Positions 11,193-20,749 of a stretch of 64,000 bases of DNA are shown here, in pieces. The position numbers and the translations under genes are program-made. The stretch comes from Patescibacteria group bacterium. GTDB lineage: Bacteria > Patescibacteriota > Minisyncoccia > Phycocordibacterales > UBA918. The DNA lies in contig JAZKFU010000008.1 in the NCBI GenBank assembly GCA_040386275.1, positions 6,853-70,852 of the forward strand, written 5' to 3'. A model generated the notes under the pieces. That model was not told the DNA's origin and ran no database searches. It saw only the letters and a program-made list of their open reading frames with translations. Within the stretch, counting starts at the first letter, position 1; each line of letters opens with the position of its first letter.

Positions 11193-11612
11193 TTAAGAGC
11201 CGGCAGGGAGGCTTTGGCAGGCGATGCCGTCACCATCTCGATCCAAGCCATGACGGTCACGATTCTCGGCTGAGGTACAGGTATCGTAGACTTCCTGGGC
11301 TTCTGGTTGCGTTGTAAAGTTACTACAATTGTAGACATTTTCTTCACAAGTGGCTCCATATAAGGCTTTGCCATTCTCGTCACGTTTAATCATTGATTCT
11401 GAGAGGGAACCAGTTTCCACCAGTCTGCCCAAATCAACATCAGTGTTACTCGCCTCAAGTCCTAAAGCGACCAGTAATACTACGCCGATACCAATCATGA
11501 ACAACCGAGTCTTTTCAAAGAAAAATCCGATTGCTACCACGAGTAGTAGTAAACCAATAATTATAATGAGTCGAGATTTTTTGTTTTGACGCCAATCTGC
11601 CACATCTTTCAT
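11193..11612 (-). CDS. membrane protein with C-terminal Excalibur calcium-binding domain
   Basis: N-terminal TM segments; C-terminal [10 protein letters not shown] matches the Excalibur DxDxDGxxCE motif; perfect hairpin terminator at 11161-11192. Confidence 0.55.
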   Translation of the reverse strand: MKDVADWRQNKKSRLIIIIGLLLLVVAIGFFFEKTRLFMIGIGVVLLVALGLEASNTDVDLGRLVETGSLSESMIKRDENGKALYGATCEENVYNCSNFTTQPEAQEVYDTCTSAENRDRHGLDRDGDGIACQSLPAGS

Positions 11613-11685
11613 ATATTCACATTAATAAATAATGATCTAAGTGTATGCCATTTTAATCCAATGTAAATATACAAGGGTATAGTAA

Positions 11686-12039
11686 TTATTCTTGTTGGTG
11701 GAGACGATCAGCCGCTTCAACGGTCGACACGTCTTGACCCATAAGCAGTAATTTTAGAATACCGTAGGCGAGTAAGTAGTAAATGAACATTGCTAATAAA
11801 GTTGTCCATTCAAACGCGGTACCAGCAGGGTAACTTGTTCTAAAGACTGAAACAAAGGGACTCACAAAGATACTGGTAATGGAATAAATAATATCAGTAA
11901 ACGTAGCGAGTGGATTTGCGCCGAGTAATTTTAGTATAAAGCGCAATCCTAATAACACCTCGATAATACCTAAAATGTACCAGACAATTTGTGTGCCGTG
12001 ATAAATGGGTTTTGTACTAGAAGCGTTGTATGTAGACAT
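11686..12039 (-). CDS. hypothetical integral membrane protein (possibly YggT-like)
   Basis: Three hydrophobic helices; weak resemblance to the YggT repeat (IVWYILGIIEVLLGLRFILKLLGAN). Confidence 0.4.
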   Translation of the reverse strand: MSTYNASSTKPIYHGTQIVWYILGIIEVLLGLRFILKLLGANPLATFTDIIYSITSIFVSPFVSVFRTSYPAGTAFEWTTLLAMFIYYLLAYGILKLLLMGQDVSTVEAADRLHQQE

Positions 12040-12155
12040 AGGTCGAAAAATTAAATATATAACATCCTTCTACCTACGCCGTATGAGGATGAAAATCATT
12101 GCAATCATGCCCCAAACAGCGTACAGTTTATATGTTACCATAAATTGTCAACTTT

Positions 12156-12713
12156 TTGTTGCGAAGGTATGTATTACGTATGAACCTATCAAAAGAAACT
12201 ATACAACTGCAGAATGTATTATCGAGCGCGCATACTGAATTTGAACAGGGGTTACTTAAACACGCTCGTTTTAAAGTAAGTGATAGCGGTACCTGTGATG
12301 ATTTGGTACAAGATACTTTTTTGAAGACGTGGGTGTATATGGTGAAGGCGGGGAAAATTAATCTCATGAAGCCATTTTTGTACCATGTATTAAATTGTCT
12401 TATCATTGATGAGTACCGCAAGAAAAAAAGTGTATCCCTCGATGTACTGATTGAAAATGGTTTTGAATTAGAAGAGGATGTACTCGAGCGCGCAATTAAT
12501 CAACTTGATGGTCAGGCGGCGGTATCCTTAATTGAAACGCTTCCGGTGGCGTATCAAAAAATTATTAGTTTGCGATACATTGATGATTTTTCATTGTCAG
12601 AAATTGCTGTTGAAACGGGGCTGACTAAAAATTTAGTAGCCGTAAAATCACACCGTGGTCTGGAAAAATTACGAACACTCTACGAAGAAAGGATGGTGGC
12701 AAAAATAGGGTAG
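12156..12713 (+). CDS. ECF-type RNA polymerase sigma-70 family factor
   Basis: Region 2 (FLKTWVYM…LYHVLNCLIIDEYRKKK) and region 4 HTH (LPVAYQKIISLRYIDDFSLSEIAVETGLTKNLVAVKSHRGLEKLR). Confidence 0.8.
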   Translation: MLRRYVLRMNLSKETIQLQNVLSSAHTEFEQGLLKHARFKVSDSGTCDDLVQDTFLKTWVYMVKAGKINLMKPFLYHVLNCLIIDEYRKKKSVSLDVLIENGFELEEDVLERAINQLDGQAAVSLIETLPVAYQKIISLRYIDDFSLSEIAVETGLTKNLVAVKSHRGLEKLRTLYEERMVAKIG

Positions 12714-12867
12714 TATGAGATGTGTGGTGTAATGTTGTCATTTGTTGATGACAAAGTGTAATAATAGACTGACTGAAGCGTCTTATAAAGGAAGGGAACG
12801 TATACGCTGTATGTGTACGCTAACCAAAGTTCAAAAGTGTTTCTATTAGCGATAATTTTATATTCTT

Positions 12868-13128
12868 ATGTTTACTAATACTCAATCAATGACTGGTATT
12901 GTTACTCTCGCAGTGACTGCCGCAGTTGTGTTTGCCGGCTTTACCGCTATGGCAAATGCCGCTACGTACGCCTACGTAGACGTAAATGGTGATGTTAAGT
13001 CAGTGGTGGCTGTCGATTGGAAAACAGCTATTGCAACTGCACCAAGCATTCACATGCACAGTGGCGTTTTGCTTTTAACTTCCGCAGCTGATTACGAAGT
13101 GGTGGGAGATTCTGTTTCAGGGTACTAA
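12868..13128 (+). CDS. small secreted hypothetical protein
   Basis: Signal peptide with AxA site (AMANAAT); terminator at 13146-13180. Confidence 0.4.
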   Translation: MFTNTQSMTGIVTLAVTAAVVFAGFTAMANAATYAYVDVNGDVKSVVAVDWKTAIATAPSIHMHSGVLLLTSAADYEVVGDSVSGY

Positions 13129-13201
13129 TACTTCTCAGACATGATCTAAAAGCTGAGCGCCTTGCGTTCAGCTTTTAGATTGTTCGCTCAAAATTATCCG
13201 T

Positions 13202-14323
13202 ATGTCACTTTTTACTTTTAACTCAAAATTTATGAATCAGGCTCTTTCTAAAAGCACTGCTTTTACCATTGCGCTGTGTCTCTTCGCTTCATTTGCATCA
13301 TTTGCAGTGCCGGCTGAAGCTGCTACCGCAAAACCTACCTGTACGCTAGCGTTTAGTTATGACGGCAAGACAGGTCAAACCAAATATGATGAAGAAATTT
13401 CTATCCTCAAAAATACTCCCATCACACTTGTCTGGAGTAGTAAAAATGCTACCAAGGCTATCGATGGAGATCGAAACACCGTGGCTACATCTGGAACTGC
13501 TACCGTCACACCAGCCGTTAAATCAGAGTATGCCTATACCTTTAGTCAGGGTAGTAAAAAGGTAACCTGTAGTGTGGAAGTGAGTATTATTTCTGGCACC
13601 ATTACTACCAAAACCGTAGCTAAAAATGGTGAAAAAATTAACCTAACCGGGAAAGTAACCGGTGTTAAAAAAGTAGCGGTAGTAGTGTATGCCGAAGGCA
13701 CCACCACCCCTGCCTATACCACCAAAGCCCTGTCGGTAAAAAACAAAAAATATAGTTTCAAAATGCCGAAGGCCTTGCCTGATGGAAATTACCGAATTGT
13801 GCTACAAACAACTGGTACAGCACCCGTAGTGCTCGCTTCTAGTACCTTGGCTGTTGGGAAAGTACAACCGCTTGCGCAATCACACTTGGTGGTAAAAACT
13901 ATTCCGTTACTCGTTGGTGGTACCGCCAAAGTGGGGAGTAGTGTAGCGGTGTCATACATCCAAGTTATTAACGTTGGTACCAAGCCCGCCAACCTGACTG
14001 GATTTACCTTTGCCCAAAATGGTACCGCTCCGGTGACTGCAATTGCCGGTATGACGATTAAAGATGAATCAGGGTTAATTCAAGGGTCAGTGGGGACTAT
14101 GGTAACCGGTACACCATTTGTGGGAACGAGTGCCGCTATTCCGGTAACTGCTACCTTGGCACCAAAAGAATCACGACTCTTTACGGCTCGGGCAGTGGTG
14201 AGTCCAACTGCCGTAGCAAACGTTGGACAAACTATGTCTTTGTCACTGCAAGCCATAACGGGTGATGCAAAAGTACAAAGTTCACTGCCACTTGCCGGTG
14301 TTACGTGGACGATTGTTCAGTAG
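13202..14323 (+). CDS. secreted Thr/Val-rich hypothetical protein (likely beta-sandwich surface protein)
   Basis: Signal peptide (…SFAVPAEAA), low-complexity T/V/G-rich body, perfect terminator downstream. Confidence 0.55.
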   Translation: MSLFTFNSKFMNQALSKSTAFTIALCLFASFASFAVPAEAATAKPTCTLAFSYDGKTGQTKYDEEISILKNTPITLVWSSKNATKAIDGDRNTVATSGTATVTPAVKSEYAYTFSQGSKKVTCSVEVSIISGTITTKTVAKNGEKINLTGKVTGVKKVAVVVYAEGTTTPAYTTKALSVKNKKYSFKMPKALPDGNYRIVLQTTGTAPVVLASSTLAVGKVQPLAQSHLVVKTIPLLVGGTAKVGSSVAVSYIQVINVGTKPANLTGFTFAQNGTAPVTAIAGMTIKDESGLIQGSVGTMVTGTPFVGTSAAIPVTATLAPKESRLFTARAVVSPTAVANVGQTMSLSLQAITGDAKVQSSLPLAGVTWTIVQ

Positions 14324-14337
14324 TCACTTATATAAAA

Positions 14338-14374
14338 TAAAAAGGGGGCCCGACAATGTCGGGCCCTTTTTTAT
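14338..14374. terminator. bidirectional terminator aaaaaGGGGGCCCGACAatgTCGGGCCCtttttt
   Basis: Perfect GC-rich hairpin between convergent genes. Confidence 0.7.
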
Positions 14375-14844
14375 GGTCGAGTAAATTTGTGAACGGTTTC
14401 TTCCATCACATCTTCAACGTGGACTTCAGCCTCGCTTTCGAAATCAAATACTCCAGCCATGATGCACGCGATCTTCCAGTCTTCCATGACCATTCGGTTG
14501 CTACGGGATTTCTTCCGTATTTTTGAAACAGACTGGTAGACAATTTTTTCTAGTTCCGCCACTTTTGTGGCGATTAAATCATCCAAGATGCGAATGGCGT
14601 GCTCACCCTCATCGGTATCCCATTCGTATTCTTGTGCTAGGCCGTACACCGTATCGCGACTAAGCATCATGAGAATAGATTTCAATGTTTGCTTAGTAAA
14701 TTGGCGATGATACTGATGGTGAAGGTGGTCAGGCTTCGAAATGGCTGAAAAAATCTCAGCACACAAATTAAGTATGATCTTCCCGTGAGAGTCCCGACTA
14801 TAGATTTCAGGAATCCCTATCACTTCCCAGACGCTTTTGTCCAT
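14371..14844 (-). CDS. hypothetical protein (157 aa)
   Basis: ORF only. Confidence 0.45.
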   Translation of the reverse strand: MDKSVWEVIGIPEIYSRDSHGKIILNLCAEIFSAISKPDHLHHQYHRQFTKQTLKSILMMLSRDTVYGLAQEYEWDTDEGEHAIRILDDLIATKVAELEKIVYQSVSKIRKKSRSNRMVMEDWKIACIMAGVFDFESEAEVHVEDVMEETVHKFTRP

Positions 14845-14942
14845 CGACGTGCCCTCGTGTTTTTATGACTGTCCACTACCTAGAGTGCCAAAATTATAGG
14901 TTTTTGGCAAGGTCAAAGGTTTAATTCCATAAACTTGCTATT

Positions 14943-16214
14943 TTGCGTGACGCTGGCATAATTTTGATAATATTATACTCATTAATAGAGATTATAGTGA
15001 TAATTTTAAAACACGGAACAATTGAAGCGGTTGAACTGGATAACGAGGTTTTTAAAACTTTGTTGGGTTTTTATCCTGAGGAAAATTTGGTTGAGTATCG
15101 TCTTTTTAAGGGTCCTATGGAAAAAGGTTCGATGACAATAACCGAGCTAAAGGACGCCAGTGAAAAAATTCACCTTCCATGGCAAATGTTCTTGTTAGAT
15201 ATGGTTAATCTAGAAAGAGAATTAAAAAATATTGAAGATAATCGACTTGATAAGTTCCCTAAAGGTACTTTAGAGATTCATAAGAGAAAAGGCGCTGGTT
15301 GTATTACCTCAAAACGTATTATAGACAGACAAATCAGAATTCAGGCGTTTGTAACTTCTCAGCTTCCAGCCAATTTTATTTGTGATTTTGTTGGTTCTCT
15401 GAAAAATAAAACAGTTGACCATGCAGTCAAGCATATCATTGAATATTTCCAAATCAACCTTAATCATTTTCGTACTTATGATGAAGCAGAGAAGGCGAAG
15501 AATTATTTGATCTCTCGTATACAGTCAAAACAAAACATAAATGTTGCCCAAGGGGTGCGAACAAATGGTATTTTACCTGAAATTAAAAATACTTTAGAGA
15601 TTTATAGAAATACGAGTGGTTTTGTGGTGCAAGACAAGAAACTTCCATTCATCTTTTTGCCAAGTGAAATAAATCCTGACGAAAATCATTATCGACAAAT
15701 TTACACCCTTCTTTATTTATTGGTAGTAGTTGGTATGAATGAGTTTTCTCACGCAATTGAAAATTACTCAATTAAGAAAATTAGAGAGGACAAAAAATTT
15801 AAAAAAATTAACATGATTGTTTCTGAGCTGTTTTTGCCGTCTTTAGTTACTAATACCCTAGATCAAAAAACGATAGATAAAGAAGCGATCAATAAATTGA
15901 AGATGGACTATAAGTTATCGTACTCTGCTGTGCTTTATGTCCTAAGAATGAGAAAAGTTATTGATGCTGATTTGGCTAAGGAGCTCGATTTGCCCAAGAG
16001 GCAACCTAGTAAGGTTAAAGAAGCTGTTGAATCAGCAAAGACATATTTCTCTCATCCTCACATTACTACTTCAGTTAAAAAATTCTGCGGGGACGTAGCA
16101 ACAGTAAGTATAAATACTGCTATTAGAGATGGACTATACCCTAATCGAAGTCAAATGATTGTGTTTGGTCGACCTAGAAAAGATAAATGGATTGAGCTCC
16201 GTTCAAGAATATGA
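14943..16214 (+). CDS. hypothetical protein of the AT-rich island; possible degenerate ImmA/IrrE (M78)-like domain. True start may be the internal Met at about 15115
   Basis: Segment VVVGMNEFSHAIENY…(about 25 aa)…SELFLPSLV resembles the M78 HExxH…E..F..L.P core but reads NEFSH, so it is probably inactive. The 3' end overlaps the next gene (ATGA). Confidence 0.45.
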   Translation: MRDAGIILIILYSLIEIIVIILKHGTIEAVELDNEVFKTLLGFYPEENLVEYRLFKGPMEKGSMTITELKDASEKIHLPWQMFLLDMVNLERELKNIEDNRLDKFPKGTLEIHKRKGAGCITSKRIIDRQIRIQAFVTSQLPANFICDFVGSLKNKTVDHAVKHIIEYFQINLNHFRTYDEAEKAKNYLISRIQSKQNINVAQGVRTNGILPEIKNTLEIYRNTSGFVVQDKKLPFIFLPSEINPDENHYRQIYTLLYLLVVVGMNEFSHAIENYSIKKIREDKKFKKINMIVSELFLPSLVTNTLDQKTIDKEAINKLKMDYKLSYSAVLYVLRMRKVIDADLAKELDLPKRQPSKVKEAVESAKTYFSHPHITTSVKKFCGDVATVSINTAIRDGLYPNRSQMIVFGRPRKDKWIELRSRI

Positions 16215-16675
16215 AAATAATCGATATGAACATTATTAGTAAGTATTGTGCTGGGGAAATTCAGGTTGATTTTACTGATCCGGTGTACGTTACTTCAGAA
16301 CTTAAGGATGAAATTGAAATACACAAAGCGTCTTTTCCAGGTCATCGTACAAAACTTCAAGGGATAAAGTTTGTAGATATTGAAATGTATCAATATCCTG
16401 GCGGAGAACATTTTGATGAAGCAAAATATTTATTCCATTACAAAAAACTTATTAATAAATATACCAAGATCACTTCATTCTACGGCCTAAAAGGTGTGGG
16501 CGATATGTCTATCTTGGCAGCTGTTGCAACACTTTTGGGTCGAAATAATCCATCTTTATTCGATGCACAAGAATCAATTGAAGTTATGACTCATGATATG
16601 GATTTAAAAGTAGCATTAACTGAAGAATTTGGAGATTTAATAGTTGTCATTGATCCGCTCACATTACAACAATAA
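16211..16675 (+). CDS. hypothetical protein, PIN-like nuclease fold suspected
   Basis: N-terminal IIDMNII motif, internal acidic residues, GDMSILAAVATLLG…THDMD pattern similar to PIN D…ilAaA…TrD; translationally coupled to the upstream gene. Confidence 0.4.
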   Translation: MKIIDMNIISKYCAGEIQVDFTDPVYVTSELKDEIEIHKASFPGHRTKLQGIKFVDIEMYQYPGGEHFDEAKYLFHYKKLINKYTKITSFYGLKGVGDMSILAAVATLLGRNNPSLFDAQESIEVMTHDMDLKVALTEEFGDLIVVIDPLTLQQ

Positions 16676-16781
16676 AACCAACAACAGCCCTCGGGTTTTT
16701 ACCCTCAAGCATCACAATAATCTCGTCTAGAAAAATAGGAATAAAATAGACCCGTATAGGTACTTCAGGTATACTCCAAAT

Positions 16782-18044
16782 ATGCCCGAAAAACGTTATG
16801 TGTTTAGAGTTAAGGAAAACAAACTCTATATAGTCTATATTGCTGAAGATGTAACTTGGGTGTTTGGTAATCTGGAACTTTCGGGCTCTGCTAGTCTGCG
16901 AGGAAAAGTTTTTACCGTTACAGGGGGTGAGATACTGAGTGGGGTTGAGCACTTATCACAAGAAGCAGAATTTCCAATAGGAAAAAAGGAAGGTGAGTAT
17001 TATAAAATTAGTCCTCAGATATTAAGTACTCAAAAACCTATTTTTATACATGAAAGTGTAATTGACGATTTTGAGCCCGAAGATTTTTTCGTAAGGCAGC
17101 CTTATTTTGAAAGAACTGCTGGTGACGGTTCTTCAATAGGAGTTCAAAATGAAAAATTTATTCCGATTTTCCCAGTACTAGAAAAAATGTTTGACGAAGT
17201 GTTGCGTATAGGAGGAGAGGAAGAAAATAGCATACCGTTAGAGGTGTTTAAAAAAGCCATTAGTGTTTTACCTGATAGAAAAGAAGTTAAAAGATATCTT
17301 GATGCAAGAATTGCACATATTATTGGTGAGTACATAACACCAAAAAGAGATTTTGACACTCATCACGAAAAGTTAATTGCACACCGTGAAGCACAACTAA
17401 CAAGGAGAAATTTAACTCCAACTCTGTTCCAAGAAACTAAAGAATTAAAAAAGGAAATTTTTCAGATTGCGTATGATGAACTTAAAAGGATGCTTAATGG
17501 CAATCTAGTAACTATACCTGAAAGTGAATGGCAAGATAAAATTTTGGACATCATATTACTTCTGTACCCCAAATACGTTCACAAAGAAAAGTCTGTGGAA
17601 GTCATTAAAGATCAAGGGTATGGTTTGGTCGATATTATGTTATTTGATGCTGCAGGATTTGTTGATTTGATTGAAGTTAAGAAACCTGAGGTAAATGGGG
17701 TGGGCGTGCTTAGAAAAGCTTTGTACCGTAAAAACTACGTACCGAGCAGAGAACTATCTGGTGCAATAATGCAGGTTGAGAAATATTCATTTTGGTTGTC
17801 TAGGTGGGGTAAAAAAGGAGAGGAAAAGATTCAGCAAAAATATGCGAACGAACTACCAGATGGTATGAAAGTTAAAATAGCGAATCCAACGGGAATAATT
17901 ATCTTCGGGCGAGATGAAGATTTCAACGAAGAAGAAAGACAGGATTTTGAGGTGATAAAAAGAAAATACAAGCATGTGGTCGATATATTGACCTATGATG
18001 ACTTACTAAGGAGGATTGCAAACATAATCAACATACTAGAATAA
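16782..18044 (+). CDS. Shedu-like (DUF4263) PD-(D/E)xK nuclease-domain protein
   Basis: C-terminal region GLVDIMLFDAAGFVDLIEVKKPE … ELSGAIMQVEKYSFWL … GIIIFGRDEDF…VVDILTYDDLLRRI matches my recollection of DUF4263 hallmarks (D…iElK, QxxxY, viiGr, iTYDdLl). Confidence 0.55.
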   Translation: MPEKRYVFRVKENKLYIVYIAEDVTWVFGNLELSGSASLRGKVFTVTGGEILSGVEHLSQEAEFPIGKKEGEYYKISPQILSTQKPIFIHESVIDDFEPEDFFVRQPYFERTAGDGSSIGVQNEKFIPIFPVLEKMFDEVLRIGGEEENSIPLEVFKKAISVLPDRKEVKRYLDARIAHIIGEYITPKRDFDTHHEKLIAHREAQLTRRNLTPTLFQETKELKKEIFQIAYDELKRMLNGNLVTIPESEWQDKILDIILLLYPKYVHKEKSVEVIKDQGYGLVDIMLFDAAGFVDLIEVKKPEVNGVGVLRKALYRKNYVPSRELSGAIMQVEKYSFWLSRWGKKGEEKIQQKYANELPDGMKVKIANPTGIIIFGRDEDFNEEERQDFEVIKRKYKHVVDILTYDDLLRRIANIINILE

Positions 18045-18268
18045 TAAGACAACCTAATTGGGGAGGTTGAGTATTTCACAAGACATACTTAGTTTAGCAG
18101 GGTATTTTTTTTACCCCTCTCTAAACGGCGCTTTTTGCAGGAATCGAACCTTTGTCAATAAAAGTATATACTTAAATAAGGGTCACTGAATCATGGACTT
18201 CAGAAAGTATCTACCTATCTATTTCTAAACGCTCTTTTAACAAAATGTAAAGTTCATTCTAATTAAGT

Positions 18269-18736
18269 ATGACCACCTCATCTAAAAAAAGTAGTAACCG
18301 AAGTGCGGGATTTACCCTGATGGAGCTGTTGGTTGTGATTGGTATTATTGCTATTTTAGCCTCCATTGTAGTGGTGGCGATAAATCCCTCGAGGCAATTT
18401 GCGCAATCACGTAATACGCAACGTGAGTCAAACGTGGCGACAATTCTCAATGCTATTGGGCAAAATATTGCAGACAATAAAGGTACATTTATTTGTACTT
18501 CTGACTCGGTGACGAACACTGAAACTAATATTGGAACAGCAGCGGGGAACATAGACCTTAGTTGCTTGGTGCCTACCTATATTCCGAGCGCCTTACCATT
18601 TGACCCTGATGGTGGCACTCCCGCAGATACGCAGTACACGGTACAAACAGACACGCTGGGTCGCTACACCGTGTGTTCACCTAATCACGCGGAGGCACCG
18701 ATAGCCGGCAGTAGTGAGTATTGTCTGACGCGGTAA
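18269..18736 (+). CDS. type IV pilin / pseudopilin with prepilin-type N-terminal methylation motif
   Basis: GFTLMELLVVIGIIAILASIVVVAI class-III signal peptide and cleavage motif. Confidence 0.8.
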   Translation: MTTSSKKSSNRSAGFTLMELLVVIGIIAILASIVVVAINPSRQFAQSRNTQRESNVATILNAIGQNIADNKGTFICTSDSVTNTETNIGTAAGNIDLSCLVPTYIPSALPFDPDGGTPADTQYTVQTDTLGRYTVCSPNHAEAPIAGSSEYCLTR

Positions 18737-18937
18737 ATAAATATCAGCTTAAAAAATCTTCAATCGTTTTTAAATTTTTTGCGTGACTGGTTTATTTTAT
18801 TAATTGAATCTAATAGAGAATCTATTGGTACAGCAGCACCTGTTTCTTTTTTAAAATCAATTATAGTTTCCCAAGTTTTTTTCATGTATCTAAAATTTTA
18901 CATCAAATAAACTATGTCAAAAATTACAATTCTAAGT

Positions 18938-19762
18938 TTACTGACACTGCGCTAAGTCGCCAGTTTCGTAACCGGTGGTGAACGCACCAACGCGTTGTTC
19001 AGAAGAACCGTGGGTCCACGATTCAGGGTGGACTTGGCCTTCGGTTTTGGTTTGGATGCTGTCGTCACCGACGGCGGAAGCTGCGTTTAAGGCTTCGGTA
19101 ATTTCATTTGTTTCAAAAATACCTTGGTCTTTAAGAGAGCTGGCCCAGAGTCCGGCGTAACAGTCGGCTTGGAGTTCGGTACGAACGGAATCTTCATTAC
19201 TGCCTTGGGCGCCATCAAGGGTGCCGGTGAGGTTTTGCACGTGGTGCGCTACTTCGTGTGCGATAACATACGCTTCAGCAACGTCCCCACCTTGGGCTCC
19301 TAGACGCGTGGTGAGCTCTTCAAAAAATGTTTCATCGAGATAGATGGTTGAATCAAGCGGGCAGTAGTGAGGTCCAACCGCGCTACTAGCGCCACTACAA
19401 CCAGAATTAGTGTATCCACGAAAAAGTACCAGGGTAGGGGGAACATACGGCGTGTCACTATTTTTCAGAGTCTCAGTCCAGTAATCATTGGTAGAGCCTA
19501 AGACGGCACTGACGAATTGTTCATAGGAGTCATTACCTTCAAATTCAGTCGAGTCAACCTGTGGAGCAGTTATTTGATTCACATCAACCTGTTGCAACAC
19601 ATCAAGCGGATTACCTCCCATAAGGTAGGTAACACCCATCATCAGTAAAATACCGGTGACACCAAGTCCACCCATGCCAGCGCCTGATAGACCACGTCTA
19701 TCCTGCACGTCGCCTCTACTCGTGAGTTTGTCCCAGTCGGCCATACTCTTATTATACAGCAT
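18938..19762 (-). CDS. YpfJ-family putative zinc metallopeptidase
   Basis: N-terminal TM segment, [30 protein letters not shown] and HEVAHHVQN motifs. Confidence 0.7.
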   Translation of the reverse strand: [274 protein letters not shown]

Positions 19763-19768
19763 TGAGGC

Positions 19769-20674
19769 CTAATCGCGTACCGTGACGGTGGTGCCGAGTT
19801 CTGCCCATTCAAAAATGGTACGGGCATCTGTGGGATTGAGATTTACACAGCCGTGAGAATATTTAGTTCCAAATTTATCGTGCCAGTACGCACCGTGAAT
19901 GACGGCACCACCATCGGTAAAGTATAAATTCCAAGGTACCCCCGGCAAGTCGTAGTAGTCGTCTGAATTAATATTTGGTAATGGTCCTTGCATATAGCGG
20001 CTGGGGGTCTTGCGGTAGACGGTAAAAATTCCGCGCGGAGTGGGTGTGCTATCCAGACCGGTTGAGGTGGTGGCTGACATAAATAACACTTCTCCGTCAT
20101 ATGCATACAGTCGTTGTTCGGAGCGATCAACTAAAATAGATTTAGTGGTAGGTGGGGTAGTAGAAGAAATTTCTTGGGTATCATAAGCGTCTACAATCGT
20201 GACATAGGTGCCAGCAATATACCAATCTCCCTTATGTCGTTCGGGGTAGCGTAACCACTCATCAAAAATTATTTTATGCCACGCAACACCATCGGTCACT
20301 ATAGTTTTATCAATTTTAAGCACCATACCATTACGTAGGGACGCTACTACGGGAAAGTCTGTGCCGGGGCCACTGCGAACACGTAGACATTCACCACCAA
20401 AATGAGCGCCACAGCTATCGGTGACTTCAAGATACTGTGCTTTGTTGTCGAGCGTTGATACGGGTGATACAGGAGCAGCAGGGACAGCTGCTACGACTGC
20501 CGCTTGTGATGACGAAGCGCTAGGGGTGACTAGTTTCGGTCGAATGGCTCTCTTTTCAACGGCTGATTTTTGAATATCGGTAGATATTTGTTTTGATATA
20601 GCAAAAAAGAGGCTTGCACTAACAAAAACAAACACCAGAAAATAAATTTGCATGGTGTTTGGTTTGTACCACAT
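19769..20674 (-). CDS. L,D-transpeptidase (YkuD domain) with N-terminal anchor
   Basis: Catalytic YSHGCVNLNPTDA motif near the C-terminus; signal/TM at the N-terminus. Confidence 0.7.
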   Translation of the reverse strand: MWYKPNTMQIYFLVFVFVSASLFFAISKQISTDIQKSAVEKRAIRPKLVTPSASSSQAAVVAAVPAAPVSPVSTLDNKAQYLEVTDSCGAHFGGECLRVRSGPGTDFPVVASLRNGMVLKIDKTIVTDGVAWHKIIFDEWLRYPERHKGDWYIAGTYVTIVDAYDTQEISSTTPPTTKSILVDRSEQRLYAYDGEVLFMSATTSTGLDSTPTPRGIFTVYRKTPSRYMQGPLPNINSDDYYDLPGVPWNLYFTDGGAVIHGAYWHDKFGTKYSHGCVNLNPTDARTIFEWAELGTTVTVRD

Positions 20675-20749
20675 ATACGATTTAGTATATGCCCAGAAGT
20701 GGAGGGGAGCAAATACCAGTTACGTATAGAGGATAATAAAATTTTTTGA

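Noticed and set aside
18125-18165. T-arm-like GGAATCGAACC (reverse complement GGTTCGATTCC) suggesting a minus-strand tRNA upstream of the pilin gene
   Set aside because: Flanking sequence cannot form a T-stem (3 of 5 pairs) or acceptor stem. No D- or anticodon arm. Treated only as the right inverted repeat of the AT-rich island.
18060-18268. Searched for tmRNA/RNase P/SRP-like conserved boxes in the large intergenic region before the pilin gene
   Set aside because: No recognisable conserved motifs (no tRNA-like acceptor/T-arm pairing, no GGAAAGUCCGGGCUCC-like box).
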